A stretch of DNA of 64,000 nt from Cetorhinus maximus (taxonomy: Eukaryota). The notes under the pieces are model-generated. The model was not told where the DNA came from. It did not search any database and was given only the letters and a program-made list of their open reading frames with translations. This document shows, piece by piece, positions 38,781 through 52,655 of the stretch. The number at the start of each line of letters is the position of its first letter. Positions within the stretch are counted from its first letter, which is position 1. The position numbers and the translations under genes were made by a program. The stretch lies in NCBI RefSeq assembly GCF_964194155.1, contig NC_135897.1, positions 21,204,001 through 21,268,000 on the forward strand. The letters are read 5' to 3'.

Positions 38781-39675
38781 ATGCAAGACTACTTGAGAGT
38801 GTTTCACTATTGTTGAAGAGTTATACTGGCTCTAAAACCAGTTAGAAGGCTGTGATGTTCTAAATGCTGCACTGCCTGGGACACACGCACGAGCTTGAGG
38901 TTGCTTCCCGTCGCTCTGAAGCACATCAATGTCTCTGAGTCACCTAGGGAATGAGAAACAACATGTCAACAGCAAGGGTTTTGAGGGCAACTAATGCAGG
39001 AAGACATTCTAATAGCACTTCCATGTTCTTCGAGTTGGTAGTCTGCAAAAGGTGTGTGGATAGATCCTGGGATGAGAGAGAAATGTAGGGCTCCATGCTC
39101 AACCCACAACCGTCACTTCAATGGATCACAATCTGAAAAGGTTCAGTTAATGTCTGCAGGTGTGAGTTACTACAGGTTCTGTCCCAATTACAGTTTCATT
39201 AAGTTACCTATTATATAAAAAAGAGATGTTTTGTCCCTTTTGCGAAGAGCTTCTGAGATTAAGTCACTGGTGTGCAGTACATTCCTATGTCGAAGGATCA
39301 TGATTCCTCTTCATTGGGATCACTGTGGAATTTTAGACCAATCACATTCAGCTTTACTCCTAGGTGCGCTTCAGAGTAAAATTCAACCTAACTGGATACT
39401 TGCTTGAGGTAACTTCAATTCTGATTTGACAGGTTTTTAACTTGAATGCAGCATTAGTTTAATTGGATAAGCCTCAATCCTTTTTTCTATTGGGTGAGAG
39501 ATTATGTATCAGGTCTCTTATTATTTTGATAGCTGTTAGCTGCTCCAAGGTCAACACCCTCCGACTAGTTGATAGTGAGGCTTACACATACAGCCAAAGG
39601 TTAGCCTCTCTCATCCTCTATGCAATGGGCTGGAGGTTTAGGTAGCTCTGTATACACAGGAGTTGAACATGTACA

Positions 39676-39765
39676 TCACACTTCGCTGACAGGAGTATTC
39701 CGGCTCAACTCCTTGATCCCATGTAGGATTCGCTTCATGTGGCCCACTCTCGCTATCCCCAAGTC
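39676..39765 (-). CDS. DGKD: DGK-delta terminal coding exon (end of SAM domain: [29 protein letters not shown])
   Basis: cag|GAC, phase 0, TGA at 39676-39678. Confidence 0.93.
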   Translation of the reverse strand, partial: DLGIARVGHMKRILHGIKELSRNTPVSEV

Positions 39766-41788
39766 CTGCCAAACACAGGTTAGAGGACAGGTGTTTATTA
39801 CCAGTACATTAGTTTAGTAAATACTAGAGCAATCTTATTCAAAATGTAGGCTAGTGAAAGGCAGTAATCTGAAAAGGAAATTGGGTTAAATAGGTAAAAT
39901 AGTGCTTCAAGACTACTGACTGGAACTGACTATACTTCATCCCCACAATACAGTTTTGCTATCCAGCTCAAATGCTTAACCCAACTTCCCTCTTCCCCTG
40001 AAATGAAGTACATCCTTGATAGGGGAAGGGGAAAAGTTAAATTAAAGAGAGCAACAGTTGCTTCATTCCCGGTTGCACAAGTCAGCACTGGTCATGGTCT
40101 AAATATTCTGTTTCCAGCCTCATTAAAGTCTATTCAGAAACTATTTAAATAAATGGTATACACACATTATATAGTCTCTGGAACACAATGAATACCCTGC
40201 TAGGACGTAGTGCCTTTCGATTGGTATGTCAAAAAGCCATATACCAATGGTCTATAGTGCTTATTATACTAGTACACATTGGATATCCCACTGGGATGCA
40301 GTGCCTAACCTACTGGTGAATAATATCTCTGATTCAGGTCCTTTGTAACGAGTCATTGCACAAGCACCAAGGACAGCTCATATTGCATCATTCTTGTGAA
40401 CTCATTTGGAGGGCTGGATGCAGTGCAAGGGTCCTACTATAATGTCCCACCCAGCATTCCCAAGTCAGGTACACAGTAAAGCTGTCTTTACACAGCCCCA
40501 TCAAGCAACCCCAGAAAAGTGCCATACCTGAATTTGGGGTGCTTGATGGGGCTGTGTAAAAGAATTTTCTATTTCCCCCGCCAGTTGTCCCCTGAGTGAG
40601 ATTGCCAATTTGTGCTGAAAAAGCTGCAGTTTTGTGCAGCGAGCTGATGCCCTCCAATAATATTCCCAGCTTATTCCACTCAGAAACATTACAATAGTAT
40701 TAGTCTGGGCAGCAAATGAGTCCATATCTAATGGTGCAAATCAGTCTGTGTTTAAAATGTTCATTGAGAGTTTGTGCGCATGTGGAGTATTAACTGCGAG
40801 TGTGTGAGATTGTGAATTTGTATGTGGGTTTGAGTGTTGACTTCTCATTTTGAGCTGATTCATGGTATTAAGTGTCAGATGTTGTGGCTTGCAATTCCTA
40901 AGGTATGGGTGCAAGCCTGGCCAGCAGTAACGATGACATGAAACATCTGAGGGTTAGAGAGAAAGGGGCACCCAAATGTAGATCAGGATGACCCTGAGCA
41001 TTAAGTACAAAGTCTGTCCAACTTTCAGAAAAAGTAGATAGACTGCAGCCTAAGGCTTTATGTTATTAATGAACGATGGTCAGTTGGTTCGCTGGATGAT
41101 TTGGTGAGTGGAGGAATGTCTGCCACACTAAGTATTTGGCAGGCAACCAGGATAAACTCAAAAATTAGGTGGAGTGGGAGCTGGGAAATCAGAACAATCA
41201 ATTTGGCAGCTAGTCTTGGGTGCCAAGATTGGTAGATGCAACACCATCACCTTGTGTATAGGGGCTTGTAATGCTCTAAATTTTGAGTGTTACAGGCAGA
41301 TAGGGTCATAACCTTGAGAAATGCAGACACACATTGATGTGCGAAAAATACTGAGAAATCTTCACATGGGATGTAAGGTTAGTGTTGACAGGAAAGACAT
41401 GTCATATGCAAGACTCTTAATATGTGCACATACACATGTAGTTGGGTTATACTTGAATGCAAACTCCTGCAATGATAAAAGATCCTGAACGAAAGTCAGC
41501 AGTTCTTAAGAAACATTTTGTTCAGTGAAACAGTCCTGATATTTGAGATTAGACAATAACTACCCTGAGGGATTGAAAGATCTAGCGACGTAAGCAATTA
41601 AAGGAAAGAAGCAGAGTGCAAGATACTCAGGAAGCCAGGTCAGCAGCTGGCATCACATCAAGATGTTGGTACAAACTCAACCTTTAAACCTTTTCCTTCT
41701 CTCTCAGTGAGGCCAAAACAATTAAAAAGCCACGGATTCCCAGCCCAGGTACTCAGCCTGTCACCCAAGTGCAGCAGGTAGAGTCAAT

Positions 41789-42440
41789 GGGCTAAATCTT
41801 AATTTCAAATTTACGAAAGAAGAACTAAACCCGCCTTGATCCTGCCAACTTCTGGTTTTAACAGAGACACAAAGGGGCGGGTGACCAATCGGCTTGTGGA
41901 AAACGGTTTAAATGTTCTAATGAGGTTCCACACCTTCATTTTAACAGTTATTCTATTTTTAACCGTAGGTGGCTGGGTTTCCCAAGCCTTGGAAAACTTG
42001 GGAAGTTCAAAGAAGACAAGAGGGGCTGAATGCATGAGCTAAGTGTCTTTAAAGCACTGGTTGTGGGCCAGGAAGAGCATGAGTGCTCAAAAAGCAATCC
42101 AGTAAAACCATGCTCCTCCTACAATCTGTCTACTTTCCCCCAAATCCACAACAGCCACCATTCAAACTGAACTTCCACTCCTCCACCTGTCCCCATCACC
42201 GCCCCCTATCCTGACTCATTCCAACTGCATCTCACCACCATGGTCTCACTCACTCCCCGAATATACCAATCTGTTCTTGTTGGCTTTTTGTTGAAGAGAC
42301 CTCCAGCTTGTCAATCAGGCTGCTTGTTGGTCATCCTGCATTTAAATTCTGCAGTACATTGGGGAAACCTGTTCTTTTAGGCTTCCCAGCCTCACAACAG
42401 CCAATCCTGCACAAAACTTGCCTTCAGGCTAAAATCCATG
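41789..42440. mobile_element. Possible non-autonomous Harbinger-like element
   Basis: GGGCTAAATCTT start and GGCTAAAATCC end resemble the termini at 18287 and 45451. Confidence 0.3.
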
Positions 42441-42863
42441 CTAATGAGTCCCAGTCTAGATACTCATCATGATCTATGGATTGTGGTTCAATTTACTTTT
42501 GCCTTTTTAAAAAATTATCTTTCTCTCAACATCAAGAAGACTGAATCTGCTCTCGAATGCCATTCTAAAATGTCACTGGGTAGAACCCTCTCTTCTGTCT
42601 CATGACCCTCTTTCCTTTCACAAAAAAAATTCTTAGTGTCACTTGGGTGTTTTGGCCTGAAAGGTTTGTGGGTGTGTAGCAACCAATGTACAGTAATTCC
42701 CCTACCATTCTGTAACTGTTCTTTACAGATCATAGTTTCACAGTACCTTCCAAATGATGTGATCTCAGCACACACAGCAAGTTAAAGCAGAAAGACAGTA
42801 CTGATAAGGGCAGGCCACATTAGTTTGTCATTCATGCAGAAGTGAAAATGTCACTTGCAATAC

Positions 42864-42994
42864 CTTCAGGTCTCGCCTCTCCAGATGCAAGAGCTCTGAG
42901 CCACGGATGTCGTGCCGGATGAAGATGTCTCTGTACTCGAACAGGCTAAGATGCTCTAACCAGGCTGCCACCTCCTCAGTACCCCACTGATGCA
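42864..42994 (-). CDS. DGKD: DGK-delta SAM-domain exon ((V)[43 protein letters not shown])
   Basis: cccacag|TG...AAG|gtattg; 131 nt, phase 1 to 0. LEHLSL and GSELL are delta-type residues. Confidence 0.95.
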
Positions 42995-44628
42995 CTGTGG
43001 GAAAGCGAAGAGCAGCGCCACCTTCAGTACCCACAATCCCAAAGGTAAAGAGAAATGCACAACCATCACCCGCTAGCAAAAAAAAGGCCCACAGAAATTT
43101 CAGAGAGTGCAGAGAACGCTAATAGCTAATCTCAGAAGACATATTTCAGGCAGACACCATAAGTCAATAAGCACACAATGCAATTTGGAGATCGGCATAG
43201 CTGCTGAAATGAGATACCTGTTGTTGAGTGGATAGCTCCAGGCTACATTACCAAACATACAAAAGCGTCCCTCCTGCCTCCCACACATCCCAATCTCTCT
43301 ATTGTACTGAAGTGTGCTAAAGAATCCTGCTGATCTATGAAAGGAGGGTTCTGTGATATCTCATTAGTAAATGCACCTTCTGGTGTTGTACTGAGGCACA
43401 CAGATCAGCAGCATCCCAAATACCATCTCTGATCTGTTCTGAGTTAGCAGATGTCAGCCTGGCTACAGTCAGAGTGCTATATATGGCCTTCATCCCATGG
43501 GTGGGGTAGAAGCAGTGGAGGGAGTTGCCCCATTGACCCTTACTGAGAATGAATATTGGGTGAGGAATGAATGGGTTTGGTTGTAATGACTCAGGGTCCC
43601 ATACCCTGCTGACACTCACTGTCTAAGATCATATGTGAAGAATAATCACTTGATTCTGCACAGGTTCAGATTGAGGCGAGAGATTCCCTTCTGAGCGGTC
43701 ACTTATTCCTTGACAGGGTTAACAGGTAAGCCTCTACAAGTTGTTCAGGTACAACTCCGCCAGCGGCAGCTTTTCTCCAGCATCTAACCTGTGTCCACCC
43801 TCAGGTCTGGACTGTGAATGTTAGCATGATATTCCAATGTCAGGAGCCTCACATTCAGGCTTGATCCTGTCCTCACCTCCCGCTTTCCAGTGCAAATGAG
43901 AACCCGAGCTAATATTTCCCTTCCATAAGGCAAGGGGCCTCCTTACCCAACCTGTGGTGGAAGTCATGCGGCAGTGGGTTGGACCTGCCATCAGAGAGAG
44001 AGCTGAAGATGAAGGGGGCGGAAGCATGGATTTTGAGGCCAATTTACAGCACACATATTAAAATAAGATTGGATAGAACCTGGGATCCATATGGCTTTAA
44101 TATCACATCTGACAGCAAATTATGCCAAAGAACAATTGGGAAAGTAAGGCTTCATATCCTGGTTTGGAATTAATTTCCGTCTGCATGCTCCAAACAAATG
44201 TGGGAGACCAACTTAGAACTACTTTTCACCATTGTGCACCCTGCTGATTCATGTGCCTTCTACTGCCTCACAATTTCAGTGGACAATGACTTCAGGCCTA
44301 ATCTACAAGACTTGTGTACAATTCTTACCCAATGGCCTACATCAAAGGAGCTGTGGAATCACTATGGGGCATGGAATTGTAAAGAGAGGGATAACAATGA
44401 GGTTTATTGATTTTTCTTAATGCATCCTTATCGCAAATGCTTCAGCCAAGGAACTCACATAATGGAACTTCTGTGATTGATGAGTTGTGGATTGCAATGG
44501 TAACTTGTGATCAAGCGCTGTGTAAACCTCTCCAAGTGTAAATGGGACTGACACTAGCAAAGCTGGTGATGGTGGACACAAAGAATGGAAGTGAAGGAGC
44601 GGGGCGGGGTCAGAGTTGACATACGCAC

Positions 44629-44746
44629 CTGGTAATCCCATATTCCCCCTGGTTTCCTTATTCTTGTTGTTTTTCTCTTTTTTTAACTTTGACACAAGGC
44701 GGAATTTGGCACTGCGAGTGCGCTTGGAATATTCCAACAACTGGCC
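44629..44746 (-). CDS. DGKD: DGK-delta exon (GQLLEYSKRTRSAKFRLVSKLKKEKNNKNKETRGNMGLP)
   Basis: ttttcccag|GGC..CCAG|gtgcgt; 118 nt, phase 0 to 1. Confidence 0.9.
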
Positions 44747-45059
44747 CTGGGAAAACACACAAAGACATGAGAAAAGTAAAGCAGATACAACTTGCTATAT
44801 ATCACATAATTAGCAGTGCAAAAAATTTCCCAATGGGCTGACCTCACACACACGTCATTGTGCAAGGATCAGATGAGAGGCAGACTTATTTTATATGAAT
44901 GAGGTCCAGGAATTAAAATGTCCTGCTCCTCGCATCAAAGAGCCCTGCCGACACCACACTTGCTCCTTGCCCTCGGATAAAATCAGGGTTATCAAGTCTA
45001 AGGCTAGGTTATTTTAGGAGAGATAGAAGTCTTCAAGTAAAAAATGTAATGAAGCTACT

Positions 45060-45348
45060 AAAAGAAAGAAAATACTTGCATTTATGGAGTGCATTTTTAC
45101 ATTCTCAGGGTGCACCAAAGTGTTTAATGGTCAATGGATAACTTTAGAATGATTATCACTGCTATATGTGGGTGAGTGCATCAGCCATCTAGAACACAAA
45201 TAATAAATGAATGAGGGACCAGATCTATTTTGGGTGGTGTTAGTTGAAGGATAAATGTTGGTCAGGATATATGGAAAACTCTACTGCTGTTTGCAAATAG
45301 TGCGATGGGATCACTTACAACCTACTGGGAGGACAGATGTGGCCTGCT
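45060..45348 (-). mobile_element. SacSINE1/DeuSINE-like SINE fragment
   Basis: CTTGCATTTATGGAGTGC tail; GTTGAAGGATAAATGTTGG; ATAGTGCGATGGGATC. Confidence 0.65.
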
Positions 45349-45450
45349 CAGGCAGTCATGAAAATACACTACTACTACTTTTGGATGATGGGAAAAGTTG
45401 ATAAAGGGATGTGTGATTTGACTATCCATTTGATGGCCTCCTGAGATGCT

Positions 45451-46132
45451 GGGCAGAATTTTACATCATTGGGATTTTACAGTCCTGCCGAAGTCAAAGG
45501 ACTTTTGAATGGCTTGCCACATTTTACAGGCCCACTTCCGCTGCAACAGGGCTGTCAAATTCCACCGAGTGGTGAAATGAGATGCCTGCTGCTTAATGGG
45601 CAGGTTCATGCAATGTGGTTCCAAGGTCAGGGACTCATGGCCATAATCGCAATTTGGGCAGTCTACTATCTTCCAGCACTGTTCACTGCCTTCGAGGGAC
45701 ATCAAAGCCAGGGACCTCTGATGTTGGGTCAGTGTTGAGGTTTTTTTTGTGCTGTATGGTTCCACAATTCCATCCATCTGGATACTGGGTTGCTACCAGC
45801 TGCATGAATATTAGCTGCTGTTTCCCAGAATGGTGGGTGCGATTGTAAGTGTTTTCTTGGTAGGTTTTTCAAGTCTTTGTGAATGGGGAGGTTAGTGTTG
45901 CTCATTACTTTCCATGTCATGGAGCATGACTGCGCCAAGTGATGGCAAGCTGGACGGTGTGGGAAAGCACTGAGAGCCACTCAATTGGAGTGGAATTAAG
46001 CATCCCTGACACTATCCTTCTGGTGGCGATCAGCTAGACAACCACGATCTCTGTATGTTGGTTGCAGGGTCATGACGTAGATCAGTATTCTGCAGCAAAG
46101 TAGACTAGGACCGCTGTTGCGGTAAAATAGAA
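45451..46132. mobile_element. Harbinger-like DNA transposon remnant
   Basis: GGGCAGAATTTTAC left end, GGTAAAAT right end; CCCACTTCCGCTG..GTCAAATTCC subterminal motif. Confidence 0.4.
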
Positions 46133-46272
46133 CAAACTGTATTTCTGCCACAGTCAGCACTTTCAGGAGAGGAAGGAGGGAAAAGGGAAAGCAACAAACA
46201 ACAGACTGAACACTTGTGTCAAGTCAACAAATCATTCATTCAGTAAAATCCCTTATAGGCTTGCAAACTTAC

Positions 46273-46392
46273 TTCATCATCACTTGGTTCAATGAGCTGG
46301 TACAGCCAGGGGATCTCTGCCAGTTTTCGAAGCTGCATGTCCACATTAGCCAGAGCCCCAGTGAGTTCGTCCTTCTGAGGTGGATCCAACTG
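46273..46392 (-). CDS. DGKD: DGK-delta exon ([40 protein letters not shown])
   Basis: gcag|CAG (NAGNAG acceptor)...GAA|gtaagt; 120 nt, phase 0. Confidence 0.92.
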
Positions 46393-46989
46393 CTGCACCC
46401 AGTAAAGGAAAACATACAGCAATGTGCTCAGCAATAATCACTTAATGAAAATAAACACGAGTCTTAAACAGGCAGGTGGATTGGTTTTTTGATTTCATAT
46501 ACTTGCCCTCTCTTACTTCTTGCGATGCTTAGAGATCAGAAGTGAATGACCAAGCAGTTACAGGCTCTGGGCTTTCAAGAACTAACACCTAGGAGTGCTA
46601 TTGGCTAAAGCAATCCTGGAAGCCCCAGATGCATGTGAAACTACCACAAAACTGTATTTGATTTCACATTCAGTAAGTAATGCTCTGAATCAAAAACATA
46701 AGGTTATCTAACCTTGTCTACATCACATCTTGGGTCTTTTAATCCCATCACTGGCTTACAAATGATGTTAAAAAAAATGGTAAAATATAAAATGGGAATC
46801 AGCAGAGATTAACTGCACTCCCAGCAATATATTCTAAATATCAAAGGTTGCAACTGAACATAGAAAGTGACATACTTGAGCTATTCAAGCAACAGCCAAA
46901 TGCTGTCCAGTCACCACCACTTGAAAGTGAAAGCATGGATGTTATGCATGGGGAGCTTTCAGTCTCGGTTGTGACTTCCTACATGATCA

Positions 46990-48900
46990 AATTTGCTGCC
47001 AACAATTGGCATCTAGCATTGCCGGAACTTTCAAACAAACACCAGGACGTAACTTGGCTGGTGGTGAGAAAGGCCCTCCCCATCAGATCCTTCTTACATG
47101 CCCGGAGTCTCATCCCCTGCACACGTTGCCCTCAAGATGGCTGTGGTGGGGAAGAGACCGTTGTTCACCTGCTTCTGGAGTGTGTCTTTGCAAAGAAGGT
47201 CTGGAGAGAGCTTCAGTGGTTTTTGTCAAAGTTCATCCCGAGCAACTCCGTGACACAGGACTCTGTGCTCTATGGGCTGTCCCCAGGAACGCACACCGAG
47301 ACAAACATCAACTGCAGCTGGAGGATCATCAACTCAGTGAAGCACGCTCTTTGGTCTGAAACTTGCTGATCTTCCAGTGCAAAGAGTTGTCCATAACCAG
47401 GTGTTGTAGACTGGCACATTCCTAGGTCCAGGACTACGTGCTGAGGGATGCACTAAAGCTTGGGACAGCTGCCGCAGAGGTGCAATGGGGAAAAGCTGCT
47501 AAGACCTTTCAGCCATTGTTCATCGAGGGGCTAGAAATTGTATAGAACCCCTCGGACTGTATAACTCACATTGAATGAGGTGAGAGTGACTACCCTTGAC
47601 ATGAAGGCAGCATTTGACTGAGTGTGGCATTAAGGCGGCATAGTACAACTGGAGTCAATGGGAATCAGAGGGTAAACTCTCTGCTGGTTGGAGTCATACT
47701 TAGCACAAAGATGGTTGTGGTTGTTGGAGGTCAATCATCTCAGTTCCAGGACATCACTGCAGGAGTTCCTCAGGGTAGTGTCCTCGGCCCAACCATCTTC
47801 AGCTGCTTCAATCAATGATCTTTCTTTCATCATAAGGTCAGGAGTGGGGATGTTCACTTACGATTGCACAATGTTCAGAACCATTCATGACTTCTCAGAT
47901 ACTGAAGCAGTCCATGTCCAAATGCAGCAAGACTTGGACAATATCCAGATTTGGGCTGACAAGTGGCAAGTAACATTTGCACCACACAAGTGCAAGGCAA
48001 TGACCATCTCCAACAAGAGAGAATCTAATCCGCTTGACACTCAATGGCATTACCATCACTGAATCCCCCACTACCAACGTCCTGGGGGTTACCATTGACC
48101 AGAAACTGAACTGGACAAGCCTTATAAATACTGTGGCTACAAGAGCAGGTCAGAGGCTGGGAATCCTGCAGCGAGTAACTCACCTCCTGACTCCCCAATG
48201 CCTGTCCACCATCTACAAGGCACAAGTCAGGAGTGTGATGGGATACTCTCCACTTGCTTGGATGAGTGCAGCTCCAACAATATTCTAGAAGCTTGACGCC
48301 ATCCAGGACAAAGCAGCCCACTTGATTGGCACCCCATCCACAAATATCACTCCCTCCACCACGACGCACAGTGGCAGCAGTGTGTACCATCTACAAGATG
48401 CACTACAGGAACTTAGCCAGCACCTTCCAAACCCACGTCCACTACCATCTATAAGGGCAAGGGCAGCAGACACATGTGAACACCACCAGTTGGAAATTCC
48501 CCTCCAAGTCACTCACCATCCTGACTTGGAAATATATCACCGTTTCTTCATTGTCGCTGGGTCAAGATCCTGGAACTCCCTCCCTAACAGCACTGTGGGT
48601 GTACCTACATCAAATGGACTGCAGCGGTTCAAGAAGGCAGCTCACTTCCACCTTCTTAAGGGCAATTAGGGATTGGCAATAAATGCTGGCCCAGCCAGCG
48701 ATGCCCACATCCCATAAACCAATTTTTAAAAATATAGTAAATATTACATGTATGACAATTGTATTGTAGCATCTCAGAGTGCAGCATGATATATGTGGAA
48801 AATTTGAATATCATTGCACTTTCTGTGATGGTCATTTTGAAATGTTTTGTAATGTTCTTCTGGACATTTTATGAATAAAGAATATTTTTGCAAAAAAAAT
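46990..48900 (+). mobile_element. Tx1/L1-clade non-LTR element 3' end (zf-RVT), split by a LINE insertion; 3'UTR and A-tail at ~48735-48900
   Basis: ELSNKHQDVTWLVVRKALP..CTRCPQDGCGGEETVVHLLLEC (CCHC zinc-binding motif); AATAAA..AAAAAAAA at 48874-48899. Confidence 0.75.
47575..48732 (+). mobile_element. 3' third of the tRNA-headed LINE family
   Basis: GVPQGSVLGPTIFSCF, QQDLDNIQ, LGVTIDQKLNW; 3' end GGGCAATTAGGGATTGGCAATAAATGCTGGCC. Confidence 0.88.
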
Positions 48901-49729
48901 CTAGCATCACACACAAAGGTCAGTGGACATTAAGTTAAAGCACCGGAGGGCTAGCAGCACATTTAGAACTGTGAACCCAGCAAATAATGCTGTCTTCAGG
49001 AGAGGTGCAAACCAACAAATAAAGATCCAACACTATAAAAGGACATGCACTGGTCAAAGTCTGCAAATCTATTGTAAAAATCAGTCTAACTGAAAGAACC
49101 AGGACCAGTTTTAACCATTCTCCGAGTCTGCACAAGCTAAATACTGGAATCATTTGGTGATTTTATAATTAATGTGCTTTACTCTCAAGGTTTGGTTCTG
49201 CCTCTAAATCACAGGATTCACCTAACACTGTGAACCTTAGAATGTTGCAATTACACAATTACAAATGATATTAAACCTCCTTTAATATATTGTCTTAAAA
49301 CAAGTAATAAAACTCAATTCCTTCAAACCACCCTGCAGTTTCCACATTCAGCAAAAACCATCATTTTATATTTAATCCACCCAAATCCCTCAATCAAATT
49401 CTAGTCTGCATCTTACTCCTGGGTATTTGCTATTTTGCATATTTATCATTTGTACCTCTCAATTAGATTCCAGCCTATAATTCACTTCGAGTATTCACTA
49501 TTCCATACATACATTTTTCAAACCCTTCAATTACATTCAAGCCTATAATTCAGTCCATTTATGAACCTATGGAACCCCTCAATTTGCTGTTAATCTGCAA
49601 CTCACCCCATTATTCTATATATATATAAACGATTAGCACCCCTCAGTTAGCTGTTAATCTGGAACTTACTGCATTACTCTACATATCAACTGAGGTGCAT
49701 TTGTTTCTTTTATTTAACTCTTTCCTTAC

Positions 49730-49822
49730 CAGTGACATTTTGCCTGCCAATAAGAGCTCTGTCTCATTGTGCAGGGCTTTCCCATTGTTGACCATTTCCA
49801 TCACCAGACTGCAACTCAGGCC
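49730..49822 (-). CDS. DGKD: DGK-delta exon ([31 protein letters not shown])
   Basis: ttttttctccgaag|GGC..CTG|gtaagg; 93 nt, phase 0. Confidence 0.9.
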
Positions 49823-49957
49823 CTTCGGAGAAAAAACAAGATGGAGTCACTTTAAATCCGCACCAGGACTTGAGGGCTGCTGGGCAGCCATGTCATTACT
49901 GCCACACATCACTTCTCACACCACTTGCAGCTTATAGTGAAATCAAGGCTTCTCAGT

Positions 49958-50770
49958 CAACAACAGCTTGCACATATAAATTACCTTTTATGCAGCAAAC
50001 ATTCTAAGGCCCTTCACAGAGAATAACCAAACACCAATTAGTAATGAAAGAGACAGGAGAGGTGACTGAAATCACAGTCAAAGAGAGGTTTTGAAGAGAG
50101 CAAGACAAAGGGGCTTAGAGAAAGATCTATAGAGAGCGTGGTCAAAAAAGGTGAAGGTGCATCTACTGATGGAGGAGGAAGGGAATGCACAAGAAACTAA
50201 GTCTGAAGGTTGGAACACTTGGGTAGGATCTAAGGCTGAAGGAGGTGGTAAAAACTGGGTTGAATGAATTGGGGTGTAGCGCTCGAGAAATTGTAGAGAT
50301 CAGGTGGGAAAAAGATATGTAGGGATTTGCAAACATGGGTGAAAATGTTGAATTTAATGCATTGGGAATGGGGTTCCTGTAGAGATTAGTAGGGACAGGC
50401 ATGATTGATAAATGCAAGAAAATGTAGGTCTCAAGGTGGGCAGGCAAGAAAGTGGAGTTAAGGCCACAATCAGATCAGCTAATGTCTTATTGAATGATGC
50501 AGCATTTGGTTCGAGGGGCCAAATGGCCTACTCTAGCTCCTATGATCTTATGCTTTCAATAACTTGCAGTTAGCTTCGAGCTTCAGAAGCTGGCAATGAG
50601 GACATTGGAGAATTAGAACATGGAGGAAGCAAAAGTGTAATCAAAGGGCTCCATTAGTGATGGGAGCAAGGGTGGAGCTGGGCAATGCTGTGTACGTAGA
50701 AGCAAGTGGTCTTGGTGAATTATACGATGCAGAGTTGAAGCTCGACTCAGGATAAGATGGTTACTTGACC
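49958..50770 (-). mobile_element. L2-type fragment containing a plus-strand CR1 tail (~50420-50552)
   Basis: CAACAACAGCTTGCACATATA tail; CAGATCAGC..TTATTGAATG..GGCCTACT CR1 tail. Confidence 0.5.
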
Positions 50771-52029
50771 CTCAAAACAGGGAAGATCCTGTCTATGCTA
50801 CTCTTCCACTTCTCGAGTGGCTGGCTGTCAGTGGTACTGGGCGCCTCTCCTATACCCTGATTAGCTGGCTGTAACTGGCACGAAGCTACTCTCCCACAGC
50901 CTAAGTGGCTTGTTATAATTGGCACTGGGCTCTTTTCCCACAGCCCAGGTGCCTTGCTCTGAGACTGGGCTACTCTCCAACACCTTGTATGGCAGCCTCT
51001 AATTAGTGCTGGACGAATCACTCAAAACTTGAGTGCTGCCTCTGATACCGGGTCACTCTCCCACACCAATGTACCTGGCAAATAACCAGAGAGCATAGCT
51101 TGATCCATGCAAGCTATCTAGAGCGGACTATTGCTGGAAAGAGGCTGCTTCTGTGAGCCCAAGAGCTAGCTTTGCATAACTTTGCTTCCTCCTCTTCTCA
51201 ATTCAGATAGTTTCTCCCCCAATAGGTGACAGCAGTGAGAGCAGCCTGAAAACCCTGAGAAAAAACATCAAACATGGAACAAGATAACTCATGTTTGGGA
51301 TATTAAATTTATTAACTGGAAGACTCAGGCACATGATTTATTTGTGTAAATTTCTCGGCAGTAGGCAATCACAGTTTGAGACAACAAATCTCGAAGATCT
51401 GATCATGTATTTTTCCAGCTTTTCCACTGATTTTCCCTGTCTTTCTCTCCTGAGGGCACTGACTCATGCTCTCATGCCAGGTTATGGCTCCAGAAGTCCT
51501 GGTCATCCTCTGGTGCCTCACACAAAGTGCCATTATTCATCTGTGTGTCTAGATAGCATTTTCCTGAAGGATGGAATACTATCATCAATGTTTGATCCTA
51601 TCCTCACCCATCACTGCCACACAAACATTACCAGCAGCCGTCAACAGGCATTGATCATAAAAGCCAATCTATCCCAGCAGAGTCCATTCCTCTAGTACGC
51701 TAATGCTCCTTTCTCAAACTCAGCCTTCTACTACCCTAACTCCCCTCATTGAAGCCCATTCCGTTAGTATTTTAGTTGTCTCAAAGGTCATCCCATAAGT
51801 TATTTAAATTCCTCATAACATCCATGTACATTTACATAGTCCTTCTTGTTTCTATCTCTATCCTCAACTAGGAGATTATTCCAAACATTCCCCACTCCTT
51901 GAAGTAGATTGGTTTTTCCTGCAATCTGCTTAATGCTAACTTTTCACTCACTCATTCATTTTTTTGTTCTCATTCTCTGATCTATTTGGAAGTAATTCTG
52001 TAGGATTACTTCTTGCAAAATATTTAATA

Positions 52030-52655
52030 CCTTATAGGAACAGGGATAGGCTATCCAACCCCTTGAAACTGTTCCATCATTCCGTTACATCATGGTTGAT
52101 CTGGCATTTTCACGCCATCTACCTACCTTGGCTCCATTTTCATGTATGCCGAGGTCTAGGAAAATATCTCTTGATCTCAGATTTAAAATTGTTAACTGAG
52201 CTAGAATCTACTGCTTTTTGTGGGAGTCTCACACTTCTAACTCCTTTGTGTGAAGAAATGTTTCCTAGCCTCTTTCGTGAAATAGGCTCCTTTGATTTTA
52301 AGGCTGTGTCCCCTTGTACTAGACTTCCCAAACAGTGGAAAAGTTTTTCTATCAACCATATCAGTTCCATTTAAAATCCTAAAAAGGTCAATTAAATCAT
52401 GACTTAACCATCTTTACTTCATGGAATACAAGGCTAGTCCTATGTAATCTTTCTTTATAATTTAAACCTTGAAGCCCAGGAAGCATTCTGGTGTATGTGC
52501 ACTGCAGTCTTTCCAAGGTCAATATATCCTTTCCAAGGTGCATTGCCCAATGTACACCGTACTTCAGATGTGGTCTAGCTAGGGCTTTGTATAGCTGTGG
52601 CAAAACTTCCTCCTCATTATACTCAAACTCTATAGTTATAAAGGCTATCATATCC
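52030..52655 (-). mobile_element. CR1 3' fragment
   Basis: LYKALARPHLKY..LERLQ..TRMLPGL. Confidence 0.8.
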
